From: an uncultured Gemmatimonadales bacterium
Lineage (GTDB): Bacteria > Gemmatimonadota > Gemmatimonadetes > Longimicrobiales > Gaopeijiaceae
Direction: 5' to 3'
Assembly: GCA_963809895.1 (NCBI GenBank)
Contig: CAWELD010000003.1
Coordinates: forward strand, 1,728,001 to 1,792,000
Length of the DNA stretch: 64,000 bases
A program made the translations under genes and the position numbers. Every line of letters begins with the position of its first letter. The stretch's first letter is position 1. This document shows positions 43,857 to 52,964 of the stretch, piece after piece. The notes under the pieces are model-generated. The model was not told the DNA's origin. It made no database searches and saw only the letters and a list, made by a program, of their open reading frames with translations.

Positions 43857-44647
43857 CCGGCTTCTCGGTCCCCCTCCGTCAACGCCTCGCCGCCGAAGTC
43901 CCGTTCCACGCGCGTCTTCCATGCCGGCTGTTCCGGTGCGGCCCAGCGATCGGCATGTGGGCCCAGGACGTTGTAGCGCAGGATGGACCAGAGCGCCGAC
44001 ACGCCGTCCTTCCAGCCGATCTTCTTTCCCTCGGCGTAGGAGCGGCCGTGATAGCTGATGGGCAGCTCGTAGATGCGGGCGCCGGCCTGCGCCAGCCGTG
44101 CCGTGAGCTCGGGCTCGATCCCGAAGCGGTCCGCCGTCAGCGGGAGCGTCTGGAGCAGCTCACGGCGGACCATCTTGTAGCAGGTCTCCATGTCCGTGAG
44201 GTTCAGGTCGGTGAACATGTTGCTGAGCAGCGTGAGCAGGCGGTTCCCCACGCTGTGCCAGAAGAGGAGCACCCGGTGGGGTCCTCCGAGAAAGCGCGAG
44301 CCGAAGACGGCGTCGGCCTGGCCCTGGAGGATGGGCTCCAGGAGGAGCGGGAGCTCGAGGGGATCGTACTCCAGGTCCGCATCCTGGACCACCACCACGT
44401 CGCCGGTGGCGTGCTGGAATCCCGTCCTCAGCGCAGCGCCCTTGCCGCGATTCCGCTCGTGGAGCACGAGAACGTCGATGAGACCCTCTTCGTCCAGTCC
44501 GGGAAGAAGATCACGCGTGCCGTCGGTGGAGCCGTCGTCCACCACGACGATCTCGACCTGCAGCGGCACCCCGCGCACCCGCTCGAGAAGCGCGCGCACC
44601 GTGCCGATCTCGTTGTAGACCGGCACCACCACGGAAAGGCGCACCAC
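43853..44647 (-). CDS. GT2 glycosyltransferase, polyprenol-phosphate sugar synthase (Dpm1/Ppm1-like)
   Basis: [51 protein letters not shown]; start uncertain (44644-44707). Confidence 0.88.
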   Translation of the reverse strand: MVRLSVVVPVYNEIGTVRALLERVRGVPLQVEIVVVDDGSTDGTRDLLPGLDEEGLIDVLVLHERNRGKGAALRTGFQHATGDVVVVQDADLEYDPLELPLLLEPILQGQADAVFGSRFLGGPHRVLLFWHSVGNRLLTLLSNMFTDLNLTDMETCYKMVRRELLQTLPLTADRFGIEPELTARLAQAGARIYELPISYHGRSYAEGKKIGWKDGVSALWSILRYNVLGPHADRWAAPEQPAWKTRVERDFGGEALTEGDREAG

Positions 44648-44717
44648 GTCCCAGGGCAGGGACGGATCCACGTCGAGCCGTTCGAAGCGTCGCGGCGAAG
44701 AAGCCACGTGCGCGCCC

Positions 44718-46088
44718 TCAGGCCTCGATGCCGTATCGGTTCAGCTTCCGATACAGCGTCGACGGATCGATGCCCAACACCTCGGCCGCCCGGGTCTTGT
44801 TGCCCCCCTCGGCCTGCAGCACCCACTGGATGTAGGCGCGCTCGATGACCTCCATAGACGGATTCGGCGGTGGCGCCTCGGAGATCAGTCGCGGTGTGGG
44901 GGCCTCCCGGACGCGCTCCGGGAGATGACCCGGCTCGATGGTCTTGCCGCCGGCCACCACCGCGGCCCGCTCCAGCGCGTTCTCCAGCTCCCGCACATTG
45001 CCCGGCCAGTCGTACTCGCCCAGCACTTCGAGGGTGTCCTCACTGAGCTCGGGCGCGGCCTCTTCGCCACTCTCCGCCGCCAGCTTGGCCAGGAAGTGGC
45101 GCGCCAGCAGAGGGATGTCGTCGCGACGGTCCCGCAGGGGAGGCAGATGCAGCGCGATGACGTTCAGGCGGTAGTAGAGATCGCTGCGGAAGTTGCCGCG
45201 CCGGATCTCGTCCTCCAGGTCGCGGTTGGTGGCCGCCACGAGGCGCACGTCCACCGAGACCGGCTCGGTCGCGCCCACCGGGATCACCTCGCGCTCCTGG
45301 AGCGCCCGCAGGAGCTTGACCTGGGTCGCCGGGCTCATCTCGCCGATCTCGTCCAGAAAGAGCGTCCCGCCGTGGGCGGCCTCCAGAAGGCCGGTCTTGT
45401 CCCGGACGGCGCCCGTAAAGGACCCCTTCACATGGCCGAACAGCTCGCTCTCCAGAAGGCTCTCGGGCAGGGCGCCGCAGTTGATGGAGTTGAAGGCGCG
45501 CTCCGAGCGCTCGGACAGCGCATGCAGGTAGCGCGCGACGACCTCCTTTCCGGTGCCGCTCTCACCGCTGATGAGGACGGTGGAATCGGTAGGAGCCACC
45601 GTCTCCGTGAGTTTGAGCACGTCGGTGAAGCTCCGCGCCTTGCCGATGGGCCGCTCGGCGGCACGCCGGTCCCGGCGACGGATCTCCTTCTTGAGCGCCT
45701 TGTTCTCCACCTTGAGCTCACGAGCCTCCGCGGCACGCCGGCAGATGGCCAGGAGCTCGTCGTTGGCGAAGGGCTTCTGGAGGTAGTAGTAGGCCCCTTC
45801 GTTCACGGCCCGCACCGCCGATTGCAGCGACGCCTGTGCGGTCATGAGAATGACCGCCATCTCGGGATCCACTTCGCGCGCCCGGGCCAGAAGCTCGAGG
45901 CCTGAGGTCCCGGGCATGCGGATGTCGGTGAGGATGATGTCCGGGCGATCCCCCTCCAGCAGCGCCAGGGCTTCCTTGCCCGACAACGCCGCCGACACGT
46001 CGTAGCCCTCGCCCTTGAACAGGATCTTGAGGGAATCGAGAATCCCCGTCTCGTCGTCCACAAGGAGAATCTTCACTCGCTCGCTCAC
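44718..46088 (-). CDS. pilR: PilR-like sigma54-dependent response regulator
   Basis: Receiver (VDDE, TDIRMP, KPF), [14 protein letters not shown], Fis HTH; coupled to a PilS-like kinase in the pilin locus. Confidence 0.8.
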   Translation of the reverse strand: MSERVKILLVDDETGILDSLKILFKGEGYDVSAALSGKEALALLEGDRPDIILTDIRMPGTSGLELLARAREVDPEMAVILMTAQASLQSAVRAVNEGAYYYLQKPFANDELLAICRRAAEARELKVENKALKKEIRRRDRRAAERPIGKARSFTDVLKLTETVAPTDSTVLISGESGTGKEVVARYLHALSERSERAFNSINCGALPESLLESELFGHVKGSFTGAVRDKTGLLEAAHGGTLFLDEIGEMSPATQVKLLRALQEREVIPVGATEPVSVDVRLVAATNRDLEDEIRRGNFRSDLYYRLNVIALHLPPLRDRRDDIPLLARHFLAKLAAESGEEAAPELSEDTLEVLGEYDWPGNVRELENALERAAVVAGGKTIEPGHLPERVREAPTPRLISEAPPPNPSMEVIERAYIQWVLQAEGGNKTRAAEVLGIDPSTLYRKLNRYGIEA

Positions 46089-47746
46089 GTCGCCACGGCC
46101 CCACCCCGGACCGGATCGCCGGGAAGAAAGAGAATGAACTCGGCTCCACCACCCGGGGCGTCCTCCACCAGCAGCGCGCCCTGGTGGGCCTCCACCGCGC
46201 GGTGCACCACCGCCAGCCCCAACCCGCTCCCACCCTTTCTGGTGGTAAAGAAGGGCTGGAATATGCGCTCCACCTCGCCCGCGGGCACCCCTGGTCCCGC
46301 ATCGCGCACCCGCAAGCACACCGGGTTCGCCATGGAAACCGGGAGCCGCTCCTCGCCCCGGAGATCCTGCAGCTCCACCTCGACCATCCCCCCCGGATCC
46401 GAGAACTGGATCGCGTTCAGCACCATGTTGAACACGGCGCGGTGCAGGAGGTCGGCGTCACCCGGAAGGCGAGGGGACACCTCGGGTCCGATGACGCTCA
46501 CCTCCACCCCGTCTTTGGCATCCGGATGGTGTCGGGCCACGCTCACCGCCCCCCGCACCACCTCGCCGAAGTCCACGCTCTCGCTCCGTCCCATGCGCAG
46601 TCCCGAGAACTCCAGGAACTCGCTCAGCAGGCGGGACAGACGGTCCGACTCGGCCAGGACCAGGTGCTCCAGGGTGGCCCGATCGCCGTCGTCCAGATTC
46701 TTGTGCGTGAGCTGCTCCACCGCGCTCCGAATCGACGCCAGCGGGTTCTTGATCTCGTGGGCCAGCGAGGCGCTGAGCTCGGCCACCGCCTCCAGGCGGT
46801 CGTTGCGGCGGTTCAGGAGCTCGAGCCGCTCCTCCCGGGTGATGTCCTGGAAGATGGCGGTGGCAGAGGGGGCTTCGTCGCCCTGTCGGTCCAGGATGGT
46901 GGTGCTGATCCCCAGCGTGACGTCCTCGCCCTCGCGCCGTGCGGTGGCCTTGGCACGGGCCAGCGGTACGCGGTCCTCCACGGACTTCCGGAGCACGGTA
47001 CCCATCCCCGGCGCGACCTCCTCCAGCACCCCCACCACCGGGGCGCCGATCCACTGCCCGCGGTCCAGTCCGAGGAGCAGGGCGCCGGCGGGATTCAGAT
47101 ACGCCAGACGTCCGCTGCCGTCCACGGTGAGCACGCCGGTCTGAAGGCTGTCCAGGATGTCCGAGGTGTCGAGCCGGAGCTGCTCGAGCTCCGACTCCAC
47201 GGCTCCCAGCCGCATGCCGGTGCGCCGGAAGCGATCGCCCAGGACACCCGTGACGGTGGCCACCAGGGCGAACAGCCCGATCTGGAGTGCCACCTGCCCG
47301 CCGTTGATGGCTCCCGCGTGCAGCCAGACGATGTCGGCGAAATAGAGGACGATGGCCAGCGCGCCCATGAAGACCCCGCCCGGAAGGGGCAGGAGGAGCG
47401 CGCCCTCGGCGATGACCAGGATGTAGAGGGGCGCGAAATCGCTGGCCGCACCCCCGGTGATGTGGACGATGGCGGTGACCATGACCGCGTCCATGACCAC
47501 CTGTCCGTACAGGAAGGCCCTGCCGGGCTCCATCCCCCGAACGTGCGTCCACCAGAAGGATGCCGCGGTGGCGGTGACCCCCACCAGGAAGACCACGAGC
47601 GCGACCAGCGTCTGCGCCTGATCTCCGCGCAGGACGAGCTCGGGGGATTCCCGGCCGGCGAAGAAGGCGCCGAGCAGGATCCCGGATACCAGCGTGACCC
47701 GACCCAGGTAGAGCCAGCGCAGAAGCTCACTTCGGGCCAGGACCAA
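46085..47746 (-). CDS. pilS: PilS-like sensor histidine kinase (multi-TM, PAS, HisKA, HATPase)
   Basis: About six TM segments with a PilS-like VHITGGAASDFAPLY motif, PAS (YLNPAG), AHEIKNPL, FQPFFTT, GSGLGL. Confidence 0.8.
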   Translation of the reverse strand: MVLARSELLRWLYLGRVTLVSGILLGAFFAGRESPELVLRGDQAQTLVALVVFLVGVTATAASFWWTHVRGMEPGRAFLYGQVVMDAVMVTAIVHITGGAASDFAPLYILVIAEGALLLPLPGGVFMGALAIVLYFADIVWLHAGAINGGQVALQIGLFALVATVTGVLGDRFRRTGMRLGAVESELEQLRLDTSDILDSLQTGVLTVDGSGRLAYLNPAGALLLGLDRGQWIGAPVVGVLEEVAPGMGTVLRKSVEDRVPLARAKATARREGEDVTLGISTTILDRQGDEAPSATAIFQDITREERLELLNRRNDRLEAVAELSASLAHEIKNPLASIRSAVEQLTHKNLDDGDRATLEHLVLAESDRLSRLLSEFLEFSGLRMGRSESVDFGEVVRGAVSVARHHPDAKDGVEVSVIGPEVSPRLPGDADLLHRAVFNMVLNAIQFSDPGGMVEVELQDLRGEERLPVSMANPVCLRVRDAGPGVPAGEVERIFQPFFTTRKGGSGLGLAVVHRAVEAHQGALLVEDAPGGGAEFILFLPGDPVRGGAVAT

Positions 47747-47887
47747 CGACCCGGCCGCAGGCGCACGAGCCAGAGGGACCTCCTGAGGGGACGGATTCAG
47801 AACCGAGCTACAGTATCCGCGACCTCCCGCAGGTGCAACGACCTGAGGGAGAGCCCCACGAGCAGATGGAGGGTGGCCCCGGGGGTG

Positions 47888-48673
47888 CTAGCGTCGGGCG
47901 ACGGGCACCTGAAGGACCTGGCCCGCATAGATGCGGCTTCCCCTGAGGTCGTTCCGGTCCCGGAGGTCGTCCACGGAGATTCCGTACGCGCGAGCGATGG
48001 TCCACAGGGAATCCCCACGGCGCACCTCGTACTCCACGTCGTCGGCGGCCTGCACACTCTGCTCGGCCGAGCGTGTGTCGTCGGCGCTGGCTCGCCGATC
48101 CACGTAGTCGGCGTACTCCTGGGTGAAGAGCGCCACGTGGTAGTGGGGAGGGTAGTGCTCGCGGGTGGCCTCGAGCAGGTCCGAGCCCTCCAGGTCCAGC
48201 AGCACCGACTCGAGCCATCTCCGGCAGGAGGCTTTGCTGCTGCGCCGCAGGTCCATGGCCATGCCCGTGGGATGGACCGAACGCGACGAAGCGTTGGCGG
48301 GCTGACGGTTCTCGGGGCGCGTCAGCGAGGTGATGACCAGCTTCTCTCCACACGCCGCCCGGTACTGTGAGGCCAGCCGGCGGGCGAAGAGGGCCACCTC
48401 CGGGCGGGCGTAGGGAAAGGACACGTCATGGAGCTCGAAGTCGGCGTTTCCACGGACCGGGACCAGATAGCCCGCGTCCACGAACCTGCGCACCTGCGAC
48501 GCCGTGCGAATGAACGTGTAGTCGTGCGCGTGCGCCATCCTGTTCTGGATGTCCATGGACGCCGGAGAGCCCCTCAGGCTCTGTGCGCTCAGCGGCGGGA
48601 CGAATCCGAAACCGGACGCGACGAGGAGGGCCAGGAAGACGGCCAGGCGAACACGGTTCGGCACGTGCTTCAT
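47888..48673 (-). CDS. Secreted DUF5715-like zinc peptidase (M15/LAS-type motifs) with C-terminal LysM
   Basis: Signal peptide, ITSLTR, SVHPTGMAMD (H-x6-D), PPHYH, LysM YEVRRGDSLWTIARAYG...IYAGQVL. Confidence 0.78.
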   Translation of the reverse strand: MKHVPNRVRLAVFLALLVASGFGFVPPLSAQSLRGSPASMDIQNRMAHAHDYTFIRTASQVRRFVDAGYLVPVRGNADFELHDVSFPYARPEVALFARRLASQYRAACGEKLVITSLTRPENRQPANASSRSVHPTGMAMDLRRSSKASCRRWLESVLLDLEGSDLLEATREHYPPHYHVALFTQEYADYVDRRASADDTRSAEQSVQAADDVEYEVRRGDSLWTIARAYGISVDDLRDRNDLRGSRIYAGQVLQVPVARR

Positions 48674-48894
48674 GACGATCGGGTCAGCTGGAGGGTGCGC
48701 GCTCGGGCCGGGACAGCCTCCCGGCCCCTGTCATGAAATACGTAAACATCTGTCGCCCGACGCACAAGCACTTTATGGCAACCTCGATCCACCCACCCCG
48801 GAGCGGGGCGGCCGACGGGGGGTGGACCCGGACGGCCCACCCCCGCGGATCTCGGCATCGGGGACGCCCCTTTTCATGAGCGCGCCGTCGCGGA

Positions 48895-49533
48895 TCAGGT
48901 CGTGTGGACCCAGCCGTCCTTCGCCGCCGCGTAGCGGCTCGCCACACGATCCCAGTTGATGACGTTCCAGATCGCCTGGAGATAGTCGGGCCGCCGGTTC
49001 TGATAGTTCAGATAGTAGGCGTGCTCCCAGACGTCGACGCCCAGAACCGGCGTGTAGCCGTTCATCAGCGGGCTGTCCTGATTGGCCGTGGCCATGATCT
49101 CCAGGGCACCGAAGGGAGAGACCGCGAGCCAGCCCCAACCGGAGCCGAACTGACCCCCGGCCGCGGCGGAGAACTTCTGCTTGAAGCTGTCGAAGGAGCC
49201 GAACGCAGCGTTCACGGCCTGGGCCAGGTCGCCGCCCGGGGCACCGGCGCCGCCCGGGGTGAGGACGTCCCAGAAGAGGCTGTGGTTGTGGTAGCCACCG
49301 CCGTTGTTGCGGACGGCACCACGGATGTCCGACGGAAGACCGTCGATGCCACGCAGAAGCTGCTCGGCGGAGTAGCCGTGGAATCCAGCGTGTCCCTCCA
49401 GGGCCGCGTTGAGCTTCTTGGTGTAGCCCGCATGGTGCTTGTCGTGGTGAATCTCCATGGTGCGAGCGTCGATATGCGGCTCGAGGGCGTCGAAGGCGAA
49501 GCCCAGTTCAGGGAGCTCGAAGGGATAGGGCAT
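48895..49533 (-). CDS. sodA: Superoxide dismutase (Mn/Fe)
   Basis: [32 protein letters not shown]. Confidence 0.96.
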   Translation of the reverse strand: MPYPFELPELGFAFDALEPHIDARTMEIHHDKHHAGYTKKLNAALEGHAGFHGYSAEQLLRGIDGLPSDIRGAVRNNGGGYHNHSLFWDVLTPGGAGAPGGDLAQAVNAAFGSFDSFKQKFSAAAGGQFGSGWGWLAVSPFGALEIMATANQDSPLMNGYTPVLGVDVWEHAYYLNYQNRRPDYLQAIWNVINWDRVASRYAAAKDGWVHTT

Positions 49534-49647
49534 GCGCGTTCCTCCCGGTTCTTGAGATTGCGGTGATCGGGTCGAGGTCCAGACTTTTGAGGACCCCGGG
49601 GCTCCGTCACGGTTCCGCCGGACGGCGACAATGCATAGTCTGATTCC

Positions 49648-50910
49648 ATGTCCGCCTCGCCGAGCCCGCCCCGTCGTGTCCTGCTCGTGGATTGCGACGC
49701 GTTCTTCGTCCAGGTCGCGCGCCTGGAAGACCCCGAGGGCGCCGGTCGGGAACCGCTCCTCATCGTGGGCGGCTCGCCCACCGGCCGCGGCGTCGTCACC
49801 TCGGCATCCTACGAGTGCCGCAGCTACGGCGTGCGCTCCGCCATGCCCACGGCGCAGGCGCTCCGGCTGTGCCCCGCAGCCAAGGTCGTGCCGGTGCCCC
49901 GTGGGGCCTGCAGCGCCCGCAGCCGCGACGTGCGGGCCGCGCTGGAGGAGCTGGCGCCGGTGGTGCAGGCCGCTTCCATCGACGAGTTCTACCTGGACCT
50001 GAGCGGCACCGAGCGTCTCTTCGGCCACGAGACGCTGGCCGAGACGGGCTGGCGCCTCCGCACCGTCGTCCAGGAGAGGAGCGGGATCAGCGTGTCCGTG
50101 GGCGGAGGAACGAACCGACTCGTCGCCAAGCTCGCCGTCTCGCGCGCCAAGCCGGCCGGAGTGTACATCGTCGCCCCCGGCGAGGAGGCCGCCTTCGTGC
50201 GTACGCTGGAGCTACGTGATCTGCCCGGCGTGGGTCCCGCCTTGCTGCGCACGTTGGAGGACAAGGGCCTGCGCACGGTGGAGGAGGCGTTGGCGGTGGA
50301 TGTCGAGTGGCTGGAGCGCTGGTTGGGTGAAGGCCGGGCGCGCTGGCTGTCAGCGCGCATGCGAGGCCGTGACGAGACGCCCGTGGACACGTCGGATCCG
50401 CGCAAATCGGTGAGCACCGAGCGCACCTTCGCCACCGACCTGTACCAGGACGAGCGCCTGGAGCGGGAGCTGCTCCGGCTGGTGGTGTCCGTGGCGGGAG
50501 CATTACGCGGCAAGGGTCTTCGGGCCCGGACCCTCACCGTGAAGCTGCGAGACGCCGACTTCACCACGCGCCAACGGGCGCGCAGCTTTCCCGAGGCGGT
50601 GGAGTCCGAGGCCGCGCTGTTCCCGGAGGCCCGGATCCTGATGCGAGAGCTTCGCGCCAAACGCCGGGGCGGCGTCCGTCTCCTGGGCGTTGCGCTCACC
50701 AACCTGGTGGACCGCGAGGCCCCCCGGCAGCTCCCGCTCTTCGAAGAGGCGGGACGCAGCGAGACCGAGCGCGACCGCACCGTCGCCCGGCTGGCGGATC
50801 GTGTCCGCAAGCGCTACGGTCGCGATGCCCTCCTCCCCGGCCGGATCATCCCGCGGGAGCCGTATCGTGAGCCCGGGGACGAGGCCGACGACGAGCCTTC
50901 GGACGAGTAG
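49648..50910 (+). CDS. dinB: DNA polymerase IV
   Basis: [46 protein letters not shown]. Confidence 0.95.
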   Translation: MSASPSPPRRVLLVDCDAFFVQVARLEDPEGAGREPLLIVGGSPTGRGVVTSASYECRSYGVRSAMPTAQALRLCPAAKVVPVPRGACSARSRDVRAALEELAPVVQAASIDEFYLDLSGTERLFGHETLAETGWRLRTVVQERSGISVSVGGGTNRLVAKLAVSRAKPAGVYIVAPGEEAAFVRTLELRDLPGVGPALLRTLEDKGLRTVEEALAVDVEWLERWLGEGRARWLSARMRGRDETPVDTSDPRKSVSTERTFATDLYQDERLERELLRLVVSVAGALRGKGLRARTLTVKLRDADFTTRQRARSFPEAVESEAALFPEARILMRELRAKRRGGVRLLGVALTNLVDREAPRQLPLFEEAGRSETERDRTVARLADRVRKRYGRDALLPGRIIPREPYREPGDEADDEPSDE

Positions 50911-50916
50911 AGTCCC

Positions 50917-51741
50917 ATGCAGGAGTCCCCACGCACCGACCGCGTCTCCATCGACTGGCGGTGTCCGAAGCCGCTCGTGGGCATGGTGCACCTCCTCCCG
51001 CTGCCCGGCGCCCCCGGATGGACCGGAGACCTGGAGACGGTCCTGCGCAGGGCCCGCGACGACGCCCACATCCTGGTGGAAGGGGGGCTGGACGGCCTCC
51101 TGGTGGAGAACTTCCTGGACGCGCCCTTCCACCCCGATGCCGTGCCGCCGGAGACCGTGGCCGCCCTCACCCGTGCGGTGCTCGAGGTCCGCGAAGTGGC
51201 TCCGAGCATTCCCGTGGGTGTCAACGTGCTCAGGAACGACGCCCGGGGGGCGCTGGCGGTGGCGGCGGCCACGGGGGCCGCCTTCGTGCGCGTGAACGTG
51301 CACACCGGGACCATGTGGGCGGATCAGGGGCCGCTGGTGGGACGGGCCCACGAGACGCTTCGCATCCGATCGGCGCTTCGGTTGTCCTGCGCGGTGTGGG
51401 CCGACGTGCACGTGAAGCACGCCACTCCGGTTCCGGGATCGACGTTGGAGGACGCGGCGCGAGACACCTGGGAGCGGGGGCTGGCCGACGCCCTCGTCAT
51501 CTCCGGCATGCGTACCGGTGAGGCCACGGAGCCGGAGCGGGTGGCGGCGGTGCGGGGGGTCGTGCCCGACGCCACGGTCTGGGTGGGCAGCGGGGCCACC
51601 CCCGAGACGGTGGCCGCGCTCATGGTCGTGGCCGACGGCATCATCGTGGGCTCGGCGCTGGAGCGCGGAGGCCGGGCCGGTTCCGGCGTGGATCCCACCC
51701 GGGTCGCCCGCTTCGTGGCGGCTGCCGACGCCGCCCGCTGA
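50917..51741 (+). CDS. BtpA/SgcQ family protein
   Basis: GMVHLLPLPG, ENFLDAPF, GVNVLRND, ADVHVKH, GSG, DGIIVGS. Confidence 0.92.
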   Translation: MQESPRTDRVSIDWRCPKPLVGMVHLLPLPGAPGWTGDLETVLRRARDDAHILVEGGLDGLLVENFLDAPFHPDAVPPETVAALTRAVLEVREVAPSIPVGVNVLRNDARGALAVAAATGAAFVRVNVHTGTMWADQGPLVGRAHETLRIRSALRLSCAVWADVHVKHATPVPGSTLEDAARDTWERGLADALVISGMRTGEATEPERVAAVRGVVPDATVWVGSGATPETVAALMVVADGIIVGSALERGGRAGSGVDPTRVARFVAAADAAR

Positions 51742-51758
51742 CCGGGGCGGCGCCGACC

Positions 51759-52475
51759 TCAGACCGAGAGCGAAGCCAGGTAGCGCCCGCGTGCGTCCCG
51801 GCGCAGGACCGCGACCGCCAGCCCCAGGGCGTCGGCCTCGCGGGCGAGCAGCGCCTCGGGCACGAAGAGCTGGGGAAAGGGCGGACCCGTGAGGTCCTCG
51901 AAGCGGAGTTGGTAGTGGAGCTCGCCGGCGAAGCGCCCGTCGGCCATGCGGTCGTCGGGGTGGCACAGCTCCGTGGAATCCAGGAGGATGTGGCCCCCGG
52001 GGGCCGTCCACTGCTTCAGGCGTGCCAGCAGGGCCGGCAATCGACCCAGCGTCCCCGCCAGCGCCGTTCCGTTCATCAGCGCCATGACGGTATCCCAGCG
52101 ACGCGGGGTGCGCAGCGACCAGAGAGACTCCCGAATGACCTCGACGCCCCGCCCGGAGAGTGCCGACACGGCGGTCGGCAGGACCTCCAGGGCGGTCACC
52201 CGGTGGCCCGCCGCGGTCAGGGCATTCGCCAGCGGTCCAGTACCCGCGCCCACGTCGAGGACGGCCCCCCGGACCCCGCGAAGGGCGGCGCGGTCGAAGG
52301 CCGTCAGGTGTCGGCCCTTGCGGAAGAAGTGGGCCACCGGCAGATCGGGCTCCGGGTCTCCCTCGACGCACACGCCGAGAACCGCGTCTCGCCGCCCGGC
52401 CATCCAGGCCGCGAGTGCCCGCTCCAGCGGCTCCAGCGCCGCGGGATAGTCCTCGTCCTCACCGCCGTTCGACAC
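51759..52475 (-). CDS. Class I SAM-dependent methyltransferase
   Basis: VLDVGAGTG motif I, LMNGT, PGGHILLDS. Confidence 0.85.
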   Translation of the reverse strand: MSNGGEDEDYPAALEPLERALAAWMAGRRDAVLGVCVEGDPEPDLPVAHFFRKGRHLTAFDRAALRGVRGAVLDVGAGTGPLANALTAAGHRVTALEVLPTAVSALSGRGVEVIRESLWSLRTPRRWDTVMALMNGTALAGTLGRLPALLARLKQWTAPGGHILLDSTELCHPDDRMADGRFAGELHYQLRFEDLTGPPFPQLFVPEALLAREADALGLAVAVLRRDARGRYLASLSV

Positions 52476-52514
52476 CCGGTTCTCCTGGGGCCTCGGGCCC
52501 GGTAGATTGCGGCC

Positions 52515-52964
52515 ATGCCAGCCTCATCTCCCGATCCCGTCCAGCTCGATCCGGGCCGGGCGGCGACCCACGTCTGGCGCGCACTGCGCCTGCGCTGCCC
52601 CAACTGCGGGGGTGGACCGCTCTTCTCCCGTTGGGTGGTCATGGCCCACGCATGCCCGTCATGCCATCTCATCCTGGACCGGGGCGAGGCCGACTACTTC
52701 ATCGGGGGCTACATCGTCAACTTCGTCACCGCGGAGCTCACCATCGCGTTGGGAGCGCTGACCGCCATCATCGGGACCTGGCCCGACGTGCCCTGGAACA
52801 CCATCAAGTGGACGCTCCTGGGACTCATGATCCCGCTGCCGGTGCTGACGTACCCCTTCTCCAAGACCCTGTGGCTGGCCATCGACCTCACCCTGAGGCC
52901 GGTGACGCTGGCCGACATGGAGGGTCACGGCGAGAACGAGCCCGCCGAGGACCCCGTCTCGTGA
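52515..52964 (+). CDS. DUF983-like zinc-ribbon membrane protein
   Basis: RCPNCGGGPLF, CPSC, two TM segments, SKTLWLAID. Confidence 0.8.
   Translation: MPASSPDPVQLDPGRAATHVWRALRLRCPNCGGGPLFSRWVVMAHACPSCHLILDRGEADYFIGGYIVNFVTAELTIALGALTAIIGTWPDVPWNTIKWTLLGLMIPLPVLTYPFSKTLWLAIDLTLRPVTLADMEGHGENEPAEDPVS

Noticed and set aside
49534..49647. LexA box before dinB
   Set aside because: No recognisable CTGT-N8-ACAG or GAAC-N4-GTTC palindrome; a lineage-specific box cannot be excluded.
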